Under the pieces are notes generated by a model. That model made no database searches, had not been told where the DNA came from, and saw only the letters and a list, made by a program, of their open reading frames with translations. From assembly GCA_040005235.1 (NCBI GenBank), contig JBDTZG010000004.1, forward strand, positions 96,001 to 160,000: a stretch of DNA of 64,000 bases, written 5' to 3'. Within the stretch, counting starts at the first letter, position 1, and each line of letters starts with the position of its first letter. This DNA is from Acidobacteriota bacterium. Lineage in GTDB: Bacteria; Acidobacteriota; Thermoanaerobaculia; Multivoradales; UBA5704. Of this stretch, positions 1-9,605 are shown in pieces. The translations under genes were made by a program, and so were the position numbers.

Positions 1-1
1 A

Positions 2-1393
2 CGGCCGGAGCGGAGCGGCCAGGCGGGATCGGCCGGGATCTTCCTCGGCGGTTTCTTCTTCGCTTCGGCGGCGTTCTGCTACGTCTTCTGGATGCAGCCC
101 GAAGTGTTCAACATGGCTTGCCTGTTCTTCGCGCTGCTGATCTGGCTCCACCTGCGCGGCATTCCGAATTGGACCTCGCGCCACCTGGTGCTGATGGGGC
201 TGGCCGGCGCGCTGCTTGCGGCGGCGTACATCTCCAAAGAACCGACCATCCTGCTCGGCGGGCCGATCGGGCTCGACCTGATCTGGCAGAAGCGGTGGAA
301 GGGGATTCTGGCGCTTGCGGCGCCCGCGCTTTTGGGACTCGCGGGATTGATGGTTCTCCAGCACCACGCGACGGGGGCGTGGAGCCCGTACCGCGGCGTG
401 CAGCGCCGGTCGTTCGAATCCGAGTATCCGATCGAGAGCAAGAAGGATCTCTGGGCGCAGTACCGCGGGACCAGCTTCGGCTCCTGGTCGGGGCTCGGGG
501 TCGAGACCACGCCGCGGATGTTCCTGCGCGACCTCGAATACTTTCTGATCGGCCGCCACACCGGGCTGCTGCCCTACTTTCCATTCGCGCTGTTCGCGAT
601 CGGCCTCTACGCCTTCGGACCGAAGGACCGCTCGCGCCACCTGCTGCTGCTGGGGATCGTCGGCTACTGCCTTGCGATCCTGATCCTGCGGCCGAACAAC
701 TACCACGGCGGCGCGGGCTTCGTGGGCAACCGGTATTTCGCCAGCATTTATCCCGCCTTCGCGCTGCTGCCGGTCGCGATCCGGTCGCGGAAGAGTCTAC
801 TGCTGCCGTATGCCGCGGCCGGGCTCTGGACCGCCGCAGTGGTCGCCGTGCCGCTGCTCCAGATCGCGCCGGAGGCCACCCTCCAAGCGCACGTGCGGCG
901 GCCGTCGTTCCAGGCGCTGCCGCTCGAATTGACGCTGCTGCAAAAGATCCCCGGCTATTTCCTCAAGGGTTGGACCGATGCGGTTTGGGTCGTGCCGAAA
1001 GAAAACTTCCACGCCCAGGAGCCGAACCCGGACGGCGTCTGGGTGCGCGGCGCGTCGCGCTCCGAGGTGTACCTGGTGGCGCCGCAACCGGTCGCCTCGA
1101 TCCGGGTTCGGCTGCGGTCCCTTTCGGATCAAAACGTGGTGACGTTCAAAAGCCCGGTCGATCAGGTCACCGTCCGTTTCGACAGCGAAGAGAAGCGCCG
1201 CGGCACGCCGATCGAGCTGCGCCTCCAGCGGGTGGCGAGGAATCTCGGCTTCTTCCCCGAGGGGAAGGACGAGTATTTCTACTCGTTCACCCTCTCCTGT
1301 TCCGACGGCGTGATGCCCAATCGGCGTGACGACAAGATCGAGGACTACCGCTACCTCGGCGTGTTCCTCGATTTCGCGGGCGCGGGGAAGTGA
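2..1393 (+). CDS. Polytopic membrane protein, probable GT-C-fold glycosyltransferase/glycan-modifying protein (5'-truncated by window edge)
   Basis: Frame is open from the window start through ORF 92..1393. Many hydrophobic helices, a GNRYF loop and a soluble C-terminal domain; sits directly upstream of GT4 genes. Confidence 0.55.
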   Translation, partial: RPERSGQAGSAGIFLGGFFFASAAFCYVFWMQPEVFNMACLFFALLIWLHLRGIPNWTSRHLVLMGLAGALLAAAYISKEPTILLGGPIGLDLIWQKRWKGILALAAPALLGLAGLMVLQHHATGAWSPYRGVQRRSFESEYPIESKKDLWAQYRGTSFGSWSGLGVETTPRMFLRDLEYFLIGRHTGLLPYFPFALFAIGLYAFGPKDRSRHLLLLGIVGYCLAILILRPNNYHGGAGFVGNRYFASIYPAFALLPVAIRSRKSLLLPYAAAGLWTAAVVAVPLLQIAPEATLQAHVRRPSFQALPLELTLLQKIPGYFLKGWTDAVWVVPKENFHAQEPNPDGVWVRGASRSEVYLVAPQPVASIRVRLRSLSDQNVVTFKSPVDQVTVRFDSEEKRRGTPIELRLQRVARNLGFFPEGKDEYFYSFTLSCSDGVMPNRRDDKIEDYRYLGVFLDFAGAGK

Positions 1394-1395
1394 CG

Positions 1396-1881
1396 ATGGC
1401 TGAGACCGAGATGGCGGAGCCGGGCGAGGCGCGATCGATGCCGGCGGGCGAGAGGGGAGAGTCGGTCGACGTGGCCGCCGCACTGGATCGCCTGCGTGCC
1501 GGGGTGCGCCAACGGCGCGCGGAGCTGGCGACCCTGGGCGACGAGAGCGAGGCGACCAAGCTGCGGGTGTTGGAGCTCAAGACGCTCGAATGGGTCGAGG
1601 AGCCGCCGCTCTTTTCGCATCGCCCGGGTCTGGGCAAGCTGATCGTCCTGTTGCGCAAGGTTTTCTTCCACGCGTTCGTCAAGTGGTATGCGCGCCCGTT
1701 GCTGCAACGGCAAAACCGGTTCAATCAGGTCGCGAGCCAATTGATTCAGGAGCTGCTCGCACAACAGACCCGGCTCGCCGGCGAAGTCGGCCGGCTGGAG
1801 CGCGAAGTGGCGGCGGCCCGCGCGGCGGAGGTGGCCTCTTCGGTCTCCGTCTCTCCAGCCACCCCAGGTTCCGAGCCGTAA
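1396..1881 (+). CDS. Hypothetical coiled-coil protein of glycosylation locus
   Basis: Abuts the upstream stop. The SHRPGLGKLIVLLRK...QRQNRFN pattern plus a heptad tail resembles small coiled-coil proteins of polysaccharide clusters. Confidence 0.6.
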   Translation: MAETEMAEPGEARSMPAGERGESVDVAAALDRLRAGVRQRRAELATLGDESEATKLRVLELKTLEWVEEPPLFSHRPGLGKLIVLLRKVFFHAFVKWYARPLLQRQNRFNQVASQLIQELLAQQTRLAGEVGRLEREVAAARAAEVASSVSVSPATPGSEP

Positions 1882-1886
1882 CCGCT

Positions 1887-2936
1887 ATGGGCCTGCGGAT
1901 CTGCGTTTGCGGCGTTCAGGTGCCGTTCGCCTACGGCGGCGCCGAGATTCTGGTCGCTTCGCTCGCCGACGAGCTCAAGCGGCGGGGACATACGGTGGAC
2001 GTGGTCTCCCTGCCGTTCACCTGGCCGAACCGGGTGCAGCTGTTCAAGAGCTGCATGGCCTGGCGGATGCTCGATCTTTCGGAAGTCGACGGTCAGCGGA
2101 TCGACCGGGTGATCGCCACCCGCTTCCCTTCCTATGTCGTCAAACATCCCGACAAGGTGGTCTGGCTGGTCCATCAGCTGCGCCAGGCGTACGACCTGCG
2201 CGGCACCGGCTACAGCGATTTCACCGTCGAGGGGCGCGGGGATCGAGACGCCCGGGTGGTCGAGATGCTGCGCTCGATGGACGAGCGGACGCTCGGCGAG
2301 GCGCGGCGGGTCTACGCGATCTCGGACAACGTCGCGGCCCGGCTTGAACGGCACAACAACATGAAGATCGGTACCCTCTATCCGCCGCCGCGGCTGATCG
2401 ACCGCCTGGCGCCGGGCGAGATGGGCGACTACGTGTTCACCGCTGGACGGCTCAATCGGATCAAGCGGTTCGACCTGTTGATCCGGGCGATGAAGCACAC
2501 CAAGACCCCCGTCCGCTGCCGGATCGCGGGGACCGGCGAAGAGCGCGAGGCGTTGGAGAAGCTGATCGCCGATCTGCGGCTGGAAGACCGGGTGGAGCTG
2601 CTTGGCTGGATCGACGACGATCGCGCGGTCGCCCTCTATTCCGGCGCGCTCGCGGTGTTCTACGCGCCGTACGACGAGGACTACGGTTATGTGACGGTCG
2701 AAGCCTGCCGCTCGGCCAAGCCGGTGATCACGGTCGCGGATTCGGGCGGCGTGCTCGAATGGGTGGCGGACGGCAAAACCGGTTACGTCGTGGCGCCCGA
2801 CGACCCGGCGGCGATCGCCGCGCGGCTCGACGCCCTCTATGCCGACCGCGCGCTCGCCCGGCGGCTGGGCGAGGCGGGGGCGGAAAAAGCGCGCGACGTC
2901 TCGTGGGATCAGGTGATCGACGGGCTGCTCGGGTAA
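1887..2936 (+). CDS. Glycosyltransferase family 4 (GT-B)
   Basis: PFAYGGAE N-terminal motif, GRLNRIKRFD, EDYGYVTVEA (ExFG..E-like). ATG 1887 follows the upstream stop. Confidence 0.9.
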   Translation: MGLRICVCGVQVPFAYGGAEILVASLADELKRRGHTVDVVSLPFTWPNRVQLFKSCMAWRMLDLSEVDGQRIDRVIATRFPSYVVKHPDKVVWLVHQLRQAYDLRGTGYSDFTVEGRGDRDARVVEMLRSMDERTLGEARRVYAISDNVAARLERHNNMKIGTLYPPPRLIDRLAPGEMGDYVFTAGRLNRIKRFDLLIRAMKHTKTPVRCRIAGTGEEREALEKLIADLRLEDRVELLGWIDDDRAVALYSGALAVFYAPYDEDYGYVTVEACRSAKPVITVADSGGVLEWVADGKTGYVVAPDDPAAIAARLDALYADRALARRLGEAGAEKARDVSWDQVIDGLLG

Positions 2937-2956
2937 GCCCGGCGGCGAATTCCAAA

Positions 2957-4330
2957 ATGAGCGGTCGCCTTCGCGTCGCGATGTTCTCGCCGCTGCCGCC
3001 TCTATCGAGCGGCATCGCGGATTATTGCGTCGAGCTGCTGCCGCATCTTTCTTCCCGTTTCGAACTGGAGCTGTTCGCCGAGGAGGGCTCGCGGCTCGAC
3101 GCTTCCGCCGAATGGGGCGCCGTGCAGATCTTCCCCTGGCGCGCGTTCGCCGCCCGCCGGGCCGAACGGCCGTTCGACGCGGTGATCTACCAGTTGGGCA
3201 ACAACGCGGATTTCCATTCCGGCGCCTACTCGACACTGCTGGAGGTGCCGGGCTTCGTCGTGCTCCACGAGATCGTGCTCCACCACATGCTGCGCGAGAT
3301 GACGCTCGCCAAGGGGGATGCGGAAGGGTACCTCGAAGAGATCCGTTACGCCGCGGGCAAAAGCGGGCAGCTGCTCGCCCGCGGATCGTTGGAGACCGGC
3401 ACTCCCTTGGACGCCTGGCGCTATCCGCTGTTCGAACGCGCGGTCGATGCGAGCTTAGGGGTTTTGGTTCACAGCGAAGGGGCGCGGCGGAGAGTGCTCG
3501 CGAGCCGGCCGGAGGCGGCGGTGTTTCGGATTCCGTTCCCCTGGACTCCGCCGCCGCCGCTCCCCGCCCGAAGCGAAATGCTCGCGCGGCTCGGCCTGCC
3601 GTCCGACGCGTTCGTGATCGCCTCGTTCGGATTCCTGACCCGGTCGAAACGATTGGACGTGGCGCTTCGAGCGTTTTGCACCCTCGCCCGCGAACGGCCG
3701 AACGCGCTGTTTCTGGCCGTGGGCGAGATCTCGAAGGACTACGACCTACCGGCACTCGTGCCCGCCGACCTCGCCTCGCGGGTGCGCCCCCTCGGCCGGG
3801 TCGATCTCGACACCTTCCACGCGGCGATGGCGGCGACCGACGTGGCGATCAACCTTCGTTACCCGAGCGGCGGCGAGACCTCGGCGACGCTGATGCGGCT
3901 GCTGGGCCTAGGCCGAGCCGTGATCGTGACCGAAGGGGGCTCGTTCGACGAGATCCCGGACGGCGCCTGCGCCAGGGTGCCGCCCGACGAGAGCGAAGGG
4001 GAGCTGCTGCTCGAAATCCTCCGCCGCCTATCGGCCGACGAGCCGCTGCGCCGCGCGATGGGCGAGAACGCCCGGCGGTTCGTCACGGCGGAGCACAGGA
4101 TCGAGCAGACCGCGGACGCTTACGCCCAGGCGATCGAGGCGCTCCGCTCGGCCCCCCTCCCAGCGCGCGCCGTGCCGCCGCTCGCCCCGTATCCGCCGGA
4201 GGAGATTGGCAACGACCTGATCGCCTCCGTTGCGGCCGATTGGGTCGATCTCGGCGGGGGGGAACGGGACAGCGAGCTGCTCGCCGAGCTGGCGACCGAG
4301 CTTTCGGAGCTCGGCTGGGTTGAGGCGTAG
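2957..4330 (+). CDS. Glycosyltransferase family 4 (GT-B)
   Basis: SPLPPLSSGIADY, YQLGNN..H, FGFLTRSKR and LRYPSGGETS motifs. Confidence 0.88.
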   Translation: MSGRLRVAMFSPLPPLSSGIADYCVELLPHLSSRFELELFAEEGSRLDASAEWGAVQIFPWRAFAARRAERPFDAVIYQLGNNADFHSGAYSTLLEVPGFVVLHEIVLHHMLREMTLAKGDAEGYLEEIRYAAGKSGQLLARGSLETGTPLDAWRYPLFERAVDASLGVLVHSEGARRRVLASRPEAAVFRIPFPWTPPPPLPARSEMLARLGLPSDAFVIASFGFLTRSKRLDVALRAFCTLARERPNALFLAVGEISKDYDLPALVPADLASRVRPLGRVDLDTFHAAMAATDVAINLRYPSGGETSATLMRLLGLGRAVIVTEGGSFDEIPDGACARVPPDESEGELLLEILRRLSADEPLRRAMGENARRFVTAEHRIEQTADAYAQAIEALRSAPLPARAVPPLAPYPPEEIGNDLIASVAADWVDLGGGERDSELLAELATELSELGWVEA

Positions 4331-4392
4331 GGGCTCACGCGGTTCAAAAGACTCAATCGAAATGACCCTTCCGAGATAAGCTCCGCGGCGCG

Positions 4393-5613
4393 ATGACTCG
4401 GGGGAAATGGGTGCTCGTCGGCCTTGCTGGGCTCGCCGCGATCGCCGGCCATGTGGGCTGGTGGTACTGGCCGCGCGAACGGGCGGTGGTGCCGGATGCC
4501 TCCGACGTTCCGGCGCGGATGCTCGCGGCGGGCGCCTGGGACGCCTGTCTGTGGATTCCCTATCCGCATCAAAACCTTGCCGCCCTCGCCGAGGAGTTGG
4601 ACGACGCGCAGACCTATTTCGCCGCGGTCGCGCGGCTGTCGGGCTCGGCCGAGCCGGCGATGCCCGCGTTCGGGCCGTTTGCCGTGCCTCCGGCGCGCGA
4701 GCTGGCCGCCTGCGCGGATCGATCCAAGGAGCGGTTACGGGTCTCCGCCCGGGTCTATCCGGGGCTCGCCCTGGTCGCCAAGCTCGCCGGCCGCATTGCC
4801 GGCAACCCGTGGCTCGCAGGCGGCGACGTCAAAGTTTCGGATCGGCCGGCGACCGTGGCCTGGGACGGAACGCTCTGGACGGTCGAGGTGGGCACGCCGA
4901 CCGCGATCCCCGAGACCGGTTGGGCGCCCGACTCGGCGGTGCTCGGCGCGTTTCGCCTGGCGCGCCCGGCCGAGAGCTTTCCCGCCGGAACTTACCGCCT
5001 GGCCCATCGCGGCGACGCGATCGATCTGACGCTCGAAGGCTCGCGCTTCCCCGAAAAACCGCCGTTCGATCCAGGCCAGCTCGCGACCGACCGGCCGATC
5101 CTGCTCGTGGTCGCCGGAGAAGAGGGGAAAAACCCGGCGGCGGCGCTGGCGTTTTACGAGGGCAAGGGCACTTTCGGCCTGCCGAACGGCGTGCTGTTCC
5201 ATCCGCCGAAACGGGCTCGCTGGGACCTGCCCGGCGGGGGGATCGGCGGGCTGCTCGCCGACCGGCTGCCCCACGGCGCGAGCGCGGGCTGGGAGATGGT
5301 GGCGCTCGACGAAAAGAGCCTTGGCCGGGGCGCGGCGCTTGCCCCGGCGGTCGCCCGGATCGCGCCGCCGGAAGGGCCGTCCCCCAGCCCCCGGGTCCGC
5401 ATGGCCGTCTGGCTCGCCCCCGAGCCGGCGCTCGTAGTGGTCGCCCGGATGCGCGCCGGGCTGGAGAAGTTTCCACTCGCACTCCCCTCCGACATCCAGC
5501 CCTGGCGAGATTGGGAGACCGTGCTCACCCCCACCGCCCGCTGCGAACGGGCGGCGCTCTGGTCGACCGCGGAACCCCAGGCGTTCCGGGTGCGGCTATC
5601 GGGGTGCTCGTAG
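4393..5613 (+). CDS. Hypothetical protein with N-terminal membrane anchor
   Basis: 406-aa ORF with host-like codon usage and an N-terminal hydrophobic segment; no recognised motif. Confidence 0.65.
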   Translation: MTRGKWVLVGLAGLAAIAGHVGWWYWPRERAVVPDASDVPARMLAAGAWDACLWIPYPHQNLAALAEELDDAQTYFAAVARLSGSAEPAMPAFGPFAVPPARELAACADRSKERLRVSARVYPGLALVAKLAGRIAGNPWLAGGDVKVSDRPATVAWDGTLWTVEVGTPTAIPETGWAPDSAVLGAFRLARPAESFPAGTYRLAHRGDAIDLTLEGSRFPEKPPFDPGQLATDRPILLVVAGEEGKNPAAALAFYEGKGTFGLPNGVLFHPPKRARWDLPGGGIGGLLADRLPHGASAGWEMVALDEKSLGRGAALAPAVARIAPPEGPSPSPRVRMAVWLAPEPALVVVARMRAGLEKFPLALPSDIQPWRDWETVLTPTARCERAALWSTAEPQAFRVRLSGCS

Positions 5614-5622
5614 GAGGAGCTT

Positions 5623-5730
5623 GTGGCGGTGTTTCTCGCCCAAGCGGTCCAGCGTACGGGCGATCTGGTCGCCCGCCACGGCGGCGAGGAGTTCGCCGTT
5701 TTCCTCCCACGACCGACCTGGCCGGCGCAA
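5623..5730 (+). pseudogene. Relic fragment of a GGDEF diguanylate cyclase domain
   Basis: Translates VAVFLAQAVQRTGDLVARHGGEEFAVFLP, then after a 1-nt frameshift TDLAGA. Contains the RxxD I-site and GGEEF A-site; the rest of the domain is absent. Confidence 0.75.
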
Positions 5731-5742
5731 GCTCCGCCCCTA

Positions 5743-6648
5743 CTAGAGATTTCCCACCACCGCGACCCGGCCTGAGCGCCCTGGAATCTCGCCCAAAGTG
5801 ACCTCGCGGGCGATCGCCCGCTCCCTCGTCTCGGCGGCATAGTCGGCAGCCGTGAGGTGCTCGATCCCCATCGAGCGATGCCGTTCGAGCAGGGCGCGAA
5901 ACAGATGACGGTAGGCGAGCCCCTCGGTCTCGGCGTGGAGGGTGAGCACCTCGGTCTCCCCCGGGCGATAGCGTGCGACCAGGCGATCGACGTAGTTCTG
6001 GGGACCGATGCCGTCGCGGCCGAGATCCTCGTCGAGTGTCGGCAACGTGGTCGGAATTTCGAGCAGGTCGAGCACCCGTTCGCGGACGCAGGGGAAGAAC
6101 GGCGGCGCGGTGCCGCGCGAAACCGAGACGTAGTCGAAACCTTTATGGAGGAGCGCTTCCCAGCCGTCGTCCGTCATGTACCAAGCGGGGGCGGCAAACG
6201 CTCGCGGCGGCGCGCCGAAAATCTCGGTGAATTCGGCGATGCCGCGTTCGAGCGTCTTGTCGATCTTCGCCCGATCGAGCCGGTGAAGTCGATCCTGCCA
6301 GAGGACGTGATCCCAGGCGTGAAGGCCGACCTCGTGACCCAGCTCGCGCGCCTTTCGGATCGTCGCCGCGCAGCGCCGGCCGATCTTCGGTGCCGGCAGG
6401 AGGGTGCCGTAGAGCGCGGTCTTCCAGCCATACATCTTCGCCGCGTTGGTGCGCAGCATCTTGGTCAAGAAGCCGGGCTTGGTGAACACCCGGAAGATCG
6501 CCCGCCCCGAGTTGTCCGGCCCGAGCGTCCAGTAGAAGCTCGCCCGCACCCCCGCCGCGGCGAGATCTTCGAGCATCGCCGGCACGCCTTCGCCCGTGCC
6601 GCGGAAGGTGTCGACGTCGATCTTAAGGACGACCCGGGTCGGTTTCAT
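5743..6648 (-). CDS. arnD: Undecaprenyl-phosphate-L-Ara4FN deformylase (polysaccharide deacetylase family)
   Basis: LKIDVDTFRGT..GVP, GPDNSGRA, HEVGLHAWDH, PTTLPTLDE and HAETEG motifs; last gene of the arn operon. Confidence 0.88.
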   Translation of the reverse strand: MKPTRVVLKIDVDTFRGTGEGVPAMLEDLAAAGVRASFYWTLGPDNSGRAIFRVFTKPGFLTKMLRTNAAKMYGWKTALYGTLLPAPKIGRRCAATIRKARELGHEVGLHAWDHVLWQDRLHRLDRAKIDKTLERGIAEFTEIFGAPPRAFAAPAWYMTDDGWEALLHKGFDYVSVSRGTAPPFFPCVRERVLDLLEIPTTLPTLDEDLGRDGIGPQNYVDRLVARYRPGETEVLTLHAETEGLAYRHLFRALLERHRSMGIEHLTAADYAAETRERAIAREVTLGEIPGRSGRVAVVGNL

Positions 6649-6655
6649 CGGGGAT

Positions 6656-7633
6656 CTAGCGCCGCAGCTTCCCTTCCTCGTCCGCCCGGAACCATTCGAT
6701 CGTCTGGCGCAGCCCCTGTTCGAGCGGCGTCCCTGGATCGACCCCGAGAATCTCCCTCATCCGCGTAATGTCGGGATAGCGGCGCGGAATGTCCTCGTAG
6801 CTCTCGCCGTAGATTTCCTGCTGCTGGACGAACGTGATCTTCGACCCGGTCTCTGGATATGCGCGGATCATCGCTTCGGCCAGCTCCAGGATCGTCGTCT
6901 CGCGGTCGGTGCCGATGTTGAAGATGCCGCCCACCGCCTCGTCTTTTTCTCCCGCCATCGCGAGCGCCCGCACGGCGTCCCCGACGTAGGTGAACGCCCT
7001 CGTCTGCTTGCCGTCGCCGATCACGGTGAGCGGCTCGCCGCGCAGCAGCTGGCCCATGAAAATGGTGATCACTCGGCCGACGTCGATCCGGTCGAGGCGC
7101 GGGCCGTAGGCGTTGAAGAAGCGGACGATCACGACGGGTAAGCCCAGCTTGCCGTAGGCGAAACAGAAATGCTCGCCCACCGCCTTCGAGGTCGAATAGC
7201 ACCAGCGGTCGATCGAGGTCGCGCCGAGCAGCCGGTCGCCGTACTCGCGGAACGGCGTGTCCTTCGACTTGCCGTAGACCTCCGAAGTCGACGAGAAGAT
7301 CACCTTCTTGTCGTACCGGTAGGCGAGCTTGATCACTTCTTGGGTGCCGTTGACGTTGATGTTCAGGACGTGGAGGGGGTCCTCGACGTAGTGCTCCACA
7401 CCCACCACGGCGGCCAGGTGGAACACCTTGTCGCACTTGGCGATCAGGCTTTCGAGCAGGTCGTGGTCGAGGATCGACCCCTTGATGAACTGGAATTTCG
7501 GATTGCCGATGTTGTGGCGGATCTTTAGATCCGACGACGTGTCGAGCGCGACGATCTCGTGCCCTTGGGCCAGCAGGAAGTCACCGAGGTGGGAGCCGAG
7601 AAAGCCGGCTCCTCCGGTGATCAGAATTTTCAT
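6656..7633 (-). CDS. NAD-dependent epimerase/dehydratase, probable UDP-glucuronate dehydrogenase/decarboxylase (stand-alone ArnA C-terminal half)
   Basis: TGGAGFLG, SSTSEVYG and RWCYSTSK (YxxxK) motifs; located within the arn operon. Confidence 0.8.
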   Translation of the reverse strand: MKILITGGAGFLGSHLGDFLLAQGHEIVALDTSSDLKIRHNIGNPKFQFIKGSILDHDLLESLIAKCDKVFHLAAVVGVEHYVEDPLHVLNINVNGTQEVIKLAYRYDKKVIFSSTSEVYGKSKDTPFREYGDRLLGATSIDRWCYSTSKAVGEHFCFAYGKLGLPVVIVRFFNAYGPRLDRIDVGRVITIFMGQLLRGEPLTVIGDGKQTRAFTYVGDAVRALAMAGEKDEAVGGIFNIGTDRETTILELAEAMIRAYPETGSKITFVQQQEIYGESYEDIPRRYPDITRMREILGVDPGTPLEQGLRQTIEWFRADEEGKLRR

Positions 7634-7689
7634 GGCGAGCTCTTTTCAGTGGGAATGTCGGTAGGAATTTCGGTGGTCGATAGGGAAAG

Positions 7690-8589
7690 CTATGAGGGGG
7701 TGCGCAGGGCTTCGTCTAACCCCAAGCTCTCGTCGATCCGGAACCAGCGATCGGCGGTGGCGATGCGAATTCTCTCACCGATCCGGTCTACCGTGCCCGG
7801 CGCGGGGCGTACCCCGCCGAAATCGGCCGCGATCTCCTCCTCAGGCTCTCCCGCGTGGATCTCCACCCGCTTGCCGTCGATCGTACCGAAAGCGCCCGGC
7901 CACGGGGGGGCCACGGCGCGCACCAGGCCATCCACCCGGGCGGCCGGCCACGACCAGTCGATGAGCCCGTCCTCCGGCCGGCGACGGCCCACTTTCGACG
8001 CCTTCGACTCGTCCTGGACGATCCGCGGCGCCGTGCCGGCGGCGACCTGGGGGAGCGCCTCGCGAAGCAGCTCGATGCCCGCCTGCTCAATCTCCAGGTA
8101 GAGCGAAAGGGCGGTGGCGCGTGGTGCGATCGGTACCGCCCGCTGGGCCACGATGTCCCCCGCATCGGCCCGGCGCGCCATGTGGTGGAGGGTGATCCCG
8201 GTTTCCCGTTCGCCATGGACGAGCGCCCAATTGATCGGAGCTCGGCCGCGATACGCGGGGAGGAGCGAAGGGTGAAGGTTAAGCGCCGCGATCTTCGCTG
8301 CGGCGAGAACCGAATCGGGAAGCAGGCTGCGATAGAAGACCGAGAGGATCAGATCGGGGGCGAGGTACGCGGCGAGCGTGGCTCCTGTGTCTCCCAGTTC
8401 CGCCATGTCTTCTGAGTAGACGATGCGCAACCCGTGCCTCACCGCGGCATCGGCCGGGGTCTTGTACCAGCGGTTCTCGTGCGGGTCATCGCGAGGGGTG
8501 ACGACCGCGAGCACCTCGTCGCCGCGCTCGACCAGCAATTCGACCGCCCGGTAGCCGATTTGGCTGTAGCCGAAGAAGAGGACCCTCAT
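7690..8589 (-). CDS. UDP-L-Ara4N formyltransferase (stand-alone ArnA N-terminal half)
   Basis: NLHPSLLPAYRGRAPINW, GITLHHM..RADAGDIV and RRRPEDGLIDW motifs. Start MRVLFFGYS overlaps the arnC stop. Confidence 0.88.
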   Translation of the reverse strand: MRVLFFGYSQIGYRAVELLVERGDEVLAVVTPRDDPHENRWYKTPADAAVRHGLRIVYSEDMAELGDTGATLAAYLAPDLILSVFYRSLLPDSVLAAAKIAALNLHPSLLPAYRGRAPINWALVHGERETGITLHHMARRADAGDIVAQRAVPIAPRATALSLYLEIEQAGIELLREALPQVAAGTAPRIVQDESKASKVGRRRPEDGLIDWSWPAARVDGLVRAVAPPWPGAFGTIDGKRVEIHAGEPEEEIAADFGGVRPAPGTVDRIGERIRIATADRWFRIDESLGLDEALRTPS

Positions 8590-9563
8590 CGCGCGGTCAC
8601 GCCTTCTTTCGAGTCGAAATTGAGGGTTTCGACCACGACGCTCCGGGGGCGTTGGCGGACCTCGACGTAGATCCGACCGACGTATTCGCCGAGCACGCCC
8701 ATCGCCATGAACAGAAGCCCCATCAGAAAGAAGAGGATCGCAAACAACGTGAACAGCCCCTCGGCCTCGGGCCCGCGGATCAACCGGCGAATCCCGAGGA
8801 ACAGGCCGAACCCTGAAGAGAAGAAGGCGATCAGCAGGCCGGTCCAGGTCGCGAAACGGAGCGGCAGCGAAGAGAAACCGGTGATCAAATCCGCCTGAAG
8901 CTTGAACAGCTTCCACAGCGAATATTTGGAATCGCCGACCGTCCGCTCGGCGTGGCCCACCGGCACCTCGGCGATCCGCCGGGCGAACTGGCAGGCGAGC
9001 GCGGGCACGAATGACGACCGTTCCGGGCAGCGGCCCATCGCGTCGACCACCGGCCGCGAATAGGCGCGCAGCATGCAGCCGTAATCGCGGAAATCGACCC
9101 CCGGCATCACCCGCCGCATCATCCGATTGATCTGGCGCGAGGCGAAGCGGCGGAAGAAAGAATCCTTCCGCTCCACCCGGTAGCCGCCGACCACGTCGAA
9201 ACCTTCCTCGGCTTTGGCGAGCAGCTTCGGAATGTCCTCGGGGGGATTCTGCAAATCGGCGTCGAGGGTCACGACGACGTCGCCACGCGACGCTTCGAGA
9301 CCGCTAAGCACCGCGGCGTGCTGGCCGTAATTGCGGTTGAACGAGATGACCTTGATCCGGCGATCGGCGGCGGCGATCTCGCGCAAGATTGGGAGCGACC
9401 GGTCGGAGCTGCCATCGTCGACCAGGATCGCCTCGACGCCCGACTTGCCCGGAGGTTTTCGGGATTCGCTCTCAATGCTGTCGAGCACCGGCCGGAGCCG
9501 CTCGTAGAGCGACGGCAAGTTCCCCTCCTCGTTCCAAACCGGAATGACGACCGAAAGGCGCAT
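8586..9563 (-). CDS. arnC: Undecaprenyl-phosphate L-Ara4FN transferase (GT2)
   Basis: VVIPVWNEE, VDDGSSD, RNYGQHAA, DADLQNPP and DYGCMLRAY motifs; two C-terminal TM helices. Confidence 0.9.
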   Translation of the reverse strand: MRLSVVIPVWNEEGNLPSLYERLRPVLDSIESESRKPPGKSGVEAILVDDGSSDRSLPILREIAAADRRIKVISFNRNYGQHAAVLSGLEASRGDVVVTLDADLQNPPEDIPKLLAKAEEGFDVVGGYRVERKDSFFRRFASRQINRMMRRVMPGVDFRDYGCMLRAYSRPVVDAMGRCPERSSFVPALACQFARRIAEVPVGHAERTVGDSKYSLWKLFKLQADLITGFSSLPLRFATWTGLLIAFFSSGFGLFLGIRRLIRGPEAEGLFTLFAILFFLMGLLFMAMGVLGEYVGRIYVEVRQRPRSVVVETLNFDSKEGVTAR

Positions 9564-9605
9564 CGAAGATTCTGCCTGCAAGAACCGGCCCCGTTCCTTG
9601 GGGCT

